Assembly: GCA_047601445.1 (NCBI GenBank)
Contig: JASGJH010000001.1
Span: forward strand, 3,584,001-3,648,000
DNA: 64,000 bases
DNA from: Myxococcales bacterium
Lineage (GTDB): Bacteria > Myxococcota_A > Polyangia > Polyangiales > DASUME01
Reading direction: 5' to 3'
Part shown: positions 60,992 to 64,000 of the stretch, one piece after another
How positions within the stretch are numbered: position 1 is the stretch's first letter
Layout of the letters: each line of letters begins with the position of its first letter
Made by a program: the position numbers and the translations under genes
The notes under the pieces: model-generated
Databases searched by the model: none
Seen by the model: the letters and a program-made list of their open reading frames with translations, nothing else
Told to the model about the DNA's origin: nothing

Positions 60992-62635
60992 TCAGAGCGC
61001 GAGGCCCACGCGGAAGGAGAACTCGTTGAGCGAGTTGGCCTTGGGTGCACTGCCGGCCTTGGCGCCGGGGGCCGCTGCCTGGTTGTCGGCGCCGGCCATG
61101 TTCGTGGTGGGCGTGCCAGGAAACTGATACAGCGAGTACTCGGCCGTGAGGCGCACGTGCTTGGTGGCCCAGTAGTTCAAGCCGACCTGGTACACATTGA
61201 CGAAGATGTTGCTGGTCTGGGCGTCGAGCGAGCCGTGACTCACGCCGCTGCGGCTGTCGGAGTCGTAGTGCATACGGAAGAGCTCACCGCGCGCCACGAG
61301 CTGCAACGCATGCTTGGCCTGGGCCCCGAGGCCGTCGGGCAACTTGGTGATGCCGTAGACGCCGGCCGGGTTGCCGTTGATGCGCGGCGTCCCGAGTAGC
61401 CACATCGAGAGCTGCAGATAGCCGCCGACGCCCTTGAAGGTGCCCGAACGCAAGGTGTCGTCCTTGGCGCTGGCCAACACCTCGCGCCGGCCCTCGTTGG
61501 CGTACACCACCTCGCCGCGCACATCGAAGCGCTCGAAGGGGATGTAGAACTCGCCCGCCAGAGCATACGCACGCGCGGAGGGTACGATCCAAGTCTCCTG
61601 GTCGCCCTTGCCGTAGGTGCTCGACCAGAAGGTGTAGCCGCCGGGCGTGCTCAGGCCGGGCGCCGCGTAGCGCACGAACTTGGGGTCACGGCTCCCGTAA
61701 CGCGCACCGCCACCGATGTGCAGCTTGGCCAGCGCATCCTTGCGCGAGGTGAATGGACGCAGCACCACGCGGCCCATGCCGTCGAAGCGATTGTCGATGT
61801 TGGGGCGGTTCATGCCGTCGCCGCCGAAGATGCCGAGCTGATACTCGATCGACTTGCTCTCCGTATTGCCCCACCACATCAAGCCTTCGGCCTTGTTGTA
61901 GGGCGTGGCCACGGTGCGCACGATGAGCGCGCGTTCCATCATGTCGAGCCAGCGCGAGCTGGTCACGTTCTCCATGGTGAAGGGCGCGTTGTACTGGCCG
62001 AGATAGATGCGTTGAGTCGGAGCGGGCAGGTAGCCCACGAAGCCGTCGTAGACGTTGGCCGTGCTGAGCGGCGCCTGATTGCCGTCGACCTGCGTGGGCG
62101 CGAAGTTGCCGCCGAGATAGTAGAACCACTTCTTGCGAATCAAACCGCCGAACTCGATGATGAAGCGGCGGAAGAACAGGTTGGTCTTGAGGCCGGTGCC
62201 ATTGGCGCGCTGATAGGACGCGACGCCAGGCCCCTGGAAGGTGTACGTGTCGAGGTGCATGCGCGCGCCGGGCACGAACACCAAGTTGTCGTCGATCGAG
62301 CGCAGGTAGAAGACGCCGTCCGAGTAGTCGAGGCGCGCGTAGGGCTGGTCAGCGCTCGGGGCTGCGGGCACGGGTGGCAAGACCACCGGGCCGGGCGCAG
62401 GGGCCGTCACGTCCGTGGGCTGCGGCACGCTGAGGGTCTCGGCCACGGGGGCCGGGGCGACCAGAGGGGCCACCGGGGCAGCCGACTCGGGGCCGGCGCT
62501 CGGGGCGCTCGGTTCAGCCGTCCCAGCCTCGGGGGGAGTCTGGGCCGCCGCGGGGGCGGTCAGCACGAGGCCAGATACCAAGAAAAGGGAGAGTGAAATC
62601 GCGGCCGTGGAACGACCAGAGAACCCAAAAGTCAC
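60992..62635 (-). CDS. OprO/OprP-like phosphate-selective porin
   Basis: Signal peptide and Pro-rich linker; FFRRF, LGQYNAPFTME-x3-SS, MERA, GLNYWAT. Confidence 0.8.
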   Translation of the reverse strand: MTFGFSGRSTAAISLSLFLVSGLVLTAPAAAQTPPEAGTAEPSAPSAGPESAAPVAPLVAPAPVAETLSVPQPTDVTAPAPGPVVLPPVPAAPSADQPYARLDYSDGVFYLRSIDDNLVFVPGARMHLDTYTFQGPGVASYQRANGTGLKTNLFFRRFIIEFGGLIRKKWFYYLGGNFAPTQVDGNQAPLSTANVYDGFVGYLPAPTQRIYLGQYNAPFTMENVTSSRWLDMMERALIVRTVATPYNKAEGLMWWGNTESKSIEYQLGIFGGDGMNRPNIDNRFDGMGRVVLRPFTSRKDALAKLHIGGGARYGSRDPKFVRYAAPGLSTPGGYTFWSSTYGKGDQETWIVPSARAYALAGEFYIPFERFDVRGEVVYANEGRREVLASAKDDTLRSGTFKGVGGYLQLSMWLLGTPRINGNPAGVYGITKLPDGLGAQAKHALQLVARGELFRMHYDSDSRSGVSHGSLDAQTSNIFVNVYQVGLNYWATKHVRLTAEYSLYQFPGTPTTNMAGADNQAAAPGAKAGSAPKANSLNEFSFRVGLAL

Positions 62636-62709
62636 GCGGCAGGCTCCTCAAGTGCGCGCACGCAAATCATGGAGATTGCGTGTCAAACGCCACTTACGGC
62701 CCGTCATTT

Positions 62710-62758
62710 TCGACACTCAGGTGACAGCGCTCGACCGTTAGTGTGACATCCGTGTGAC
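62710..62758 (-). promoter_or_regulatory. Pho-box-like array (11-bp period GTCAC repeats) upstream of the porin
   Basis: Minus strand GTCACAcggatGTCACA plus CTGTCACctgagtGTCGA; half-sites at 62758, 62747, 62725 and 62714. Confidence 0.6.
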
Positions 62759-62800
62759 GAATCGTTCGGCCGTTACGCGCCCGAAACTGACCGGTCGGAG

Positions 62801-63826
62801 TCAGGTGCGCTGGGATCGCTGGAGTTCCGCCCACAATTCGGGGCCACCGAAGCGCCGCTTTCCACCTTGCTCGGCCTGCTTGATGAGGGCGACGAGGCGG
62901 GCGTTCACGGGGACGGGCTGCCCGAGTTGCTCCCCGAGCTGCACTACCTCCCCATTGATGAAGTCGATCTCGGTGGGACGGCCGCGCTCGAGGTCGTCCC
63001 ACATGGACGAGCGCGCCAAGGGGTCGATGGCGAGGGTGTTGCGCCCGGCCACCTCGAACAAGAAGTCAGGCACGCCCAGTAGACGCGCCATCCAGCGGGG
63101 AGGCAGCGGCGTCAGGCGCGCGGGCTGGATGTCGGTGCGGCTCAAGAGCGCGAGTGCCTCCGCCTGCGCCAACCCCAGGCAACGCCGGAAGGCGCGCTGC
63201 GCGAGCTCCTCTTTCAAGGGCAAGTCCGAGAGCGCATTGATGGGGTTGTTCAAGTTGAGCAGCAGCTTCGCCCATTGCACACGCTCCAGATCGTCGTGCA
63301 AGTCCAGGCTCAGGCCGGCCCGCGTGAACGTGTCGACGAAGGGCGCGAGCCCGAAGACGCGCTCGGCCGAGAGTCCTCCCTCCGAGCCCTGGTGAAACGC
63401 GCCCTGTCCGCGCTGCACCACGTTGAACTGCACCATACCCGCGAGCACGCGACAGCGCGGCAGCAGACGCGAGAGCACACGCGCGTTGTGCAGACCGTTC
63501 TGCAGACTCAGCACCAGGGTGCCCGGACGCAGCGCGCTGGCGAGCTGCTCGGCGGCCTGCTGGGTCGCCGCGGACTTGACGCAGACCAGCACGAGCGAAG
63601 CCGCCCGCGCGCGATCCACGTCGCTTCCGGCCATGACCTTGTCCGCGGGCACGTGCAGTTCCGCGCCTCGGTAGTCACTCACGTGGAGTCCGTGGGTCCG
63701 CAGTTGCGCGACCATGGCCGGGCGCCCCACCAAGTGAACACGCGCGCCCGAGGCGAGCAGACGCCCGCCCACGTAGCAACCCACCGAACCGGCTCCGTAA
63801 ACACAGATGAGAGGCGCGTCCACCAC
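62801..63826 (-). CDS. panE: 2-dehydropantoate 2-reductase (ApbA/PanE family)
   Basis: GAGSVG, LVCVKS, SLQNG, WAKLLLN, RSSMWDD, RPTEIDFING. Confidence 0.88.
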   Translation of the reverse strand: MVDAPLICVYGAGSVGCYVGGRLLASGARVHLVGRPAMVAQLRTHGLHVSDYRGAELHVPADKVMAGSDVDRARAASLVLVCVKSAATQQAAEQLASALRPGTLVLSLQNGLHNARVLSRLLPRCRVLAGMVQFNVVQRGQGAFHQGSEGGLSAERVFGLAPFVDTFTRAGLSLDLHDDLERVQWAKLLLNLNNPINALSDLPLKEELAQRAFRRCLGLAQAEALALLSRTDIQPARLTPLPPRWMARLLGVPDFLFEVAGRNTLAIDPLARSSMWDDLERGRPTEIDFINGEVVQLGEQLGQPVPVNARLVALIKQAEQGGKRRFGGPELWAELQRSQRT

Positions 63827-64000
63827 CGAGGCAGTCTAGCAGGGAGGCCGATGTTCTTGGCGCACACAGACGATCACGCCCGTCTCCGACGGCGAAAACC
63901 CATGTCGACCCCCTGCGCGTCGCGGAGAACCCGCGTATCCTTGGGCCACATGTCTTCCGCGTTCGACCCCTCGCCCAGCTTGTTCTCTCGGCTCCCGTTC

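Noticed and set aside
63950..64000. Possible start of a + strand CDS (ATGTCTTCCGCG...)
   Set aside because: Only 17 codons lie in the window, too few to support a call.

Overview
High-GC chromosomal segment that looks myxobacterial (Myxococcota, probably Polyangia-like). That placement is inferred from a Ser/Thr kinase, a TPR/PEGA protein, Cys-rich lipoproteins, an MglA-like GTPase and DUF4388 proteins. About 55 CDS; no rRNA, tRNA, CRISPR array or transposase recognised. Most genes are housekeeping or accessory: RND efflux, SNF2 helicase, bactofilin, ABC transporter, diguanylate cyclase, two-component systems, tail-specific protease, SPFH pair, acyl-CoA dehydrogenase, MFS, two OpgG/D paralogues, GST/LysR, OprP-like porin, panE. 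The main candidate for an undescribed system is 46.3-55.2 kb. It has two divergent operons, each with a GG-N10-GC sigma-54 promoter, sharing candidate enhancer sites. They encode an MglA-type small GTPase with a long C-terminal extension, up to five roadblock/MglB-like domains, receiver-DUF4388 proteins and a degenerate histidine kinase, with a sigma-54 activator adjacent. Other signals: (1) all five frameshifts in the window are single extra bases at or next to GATC, probably long-read errors at a modified motif; (2) a dispersed structured repeat with 98-nt periodicity and compensatory base changes; (3) a four-helix-bundle gene flanked by inverted hexamer arrays; (4) readable MarR, TetR, LysR and Pho-box-like operators. 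All assignments come from motif recognition by eye, not from database searches.
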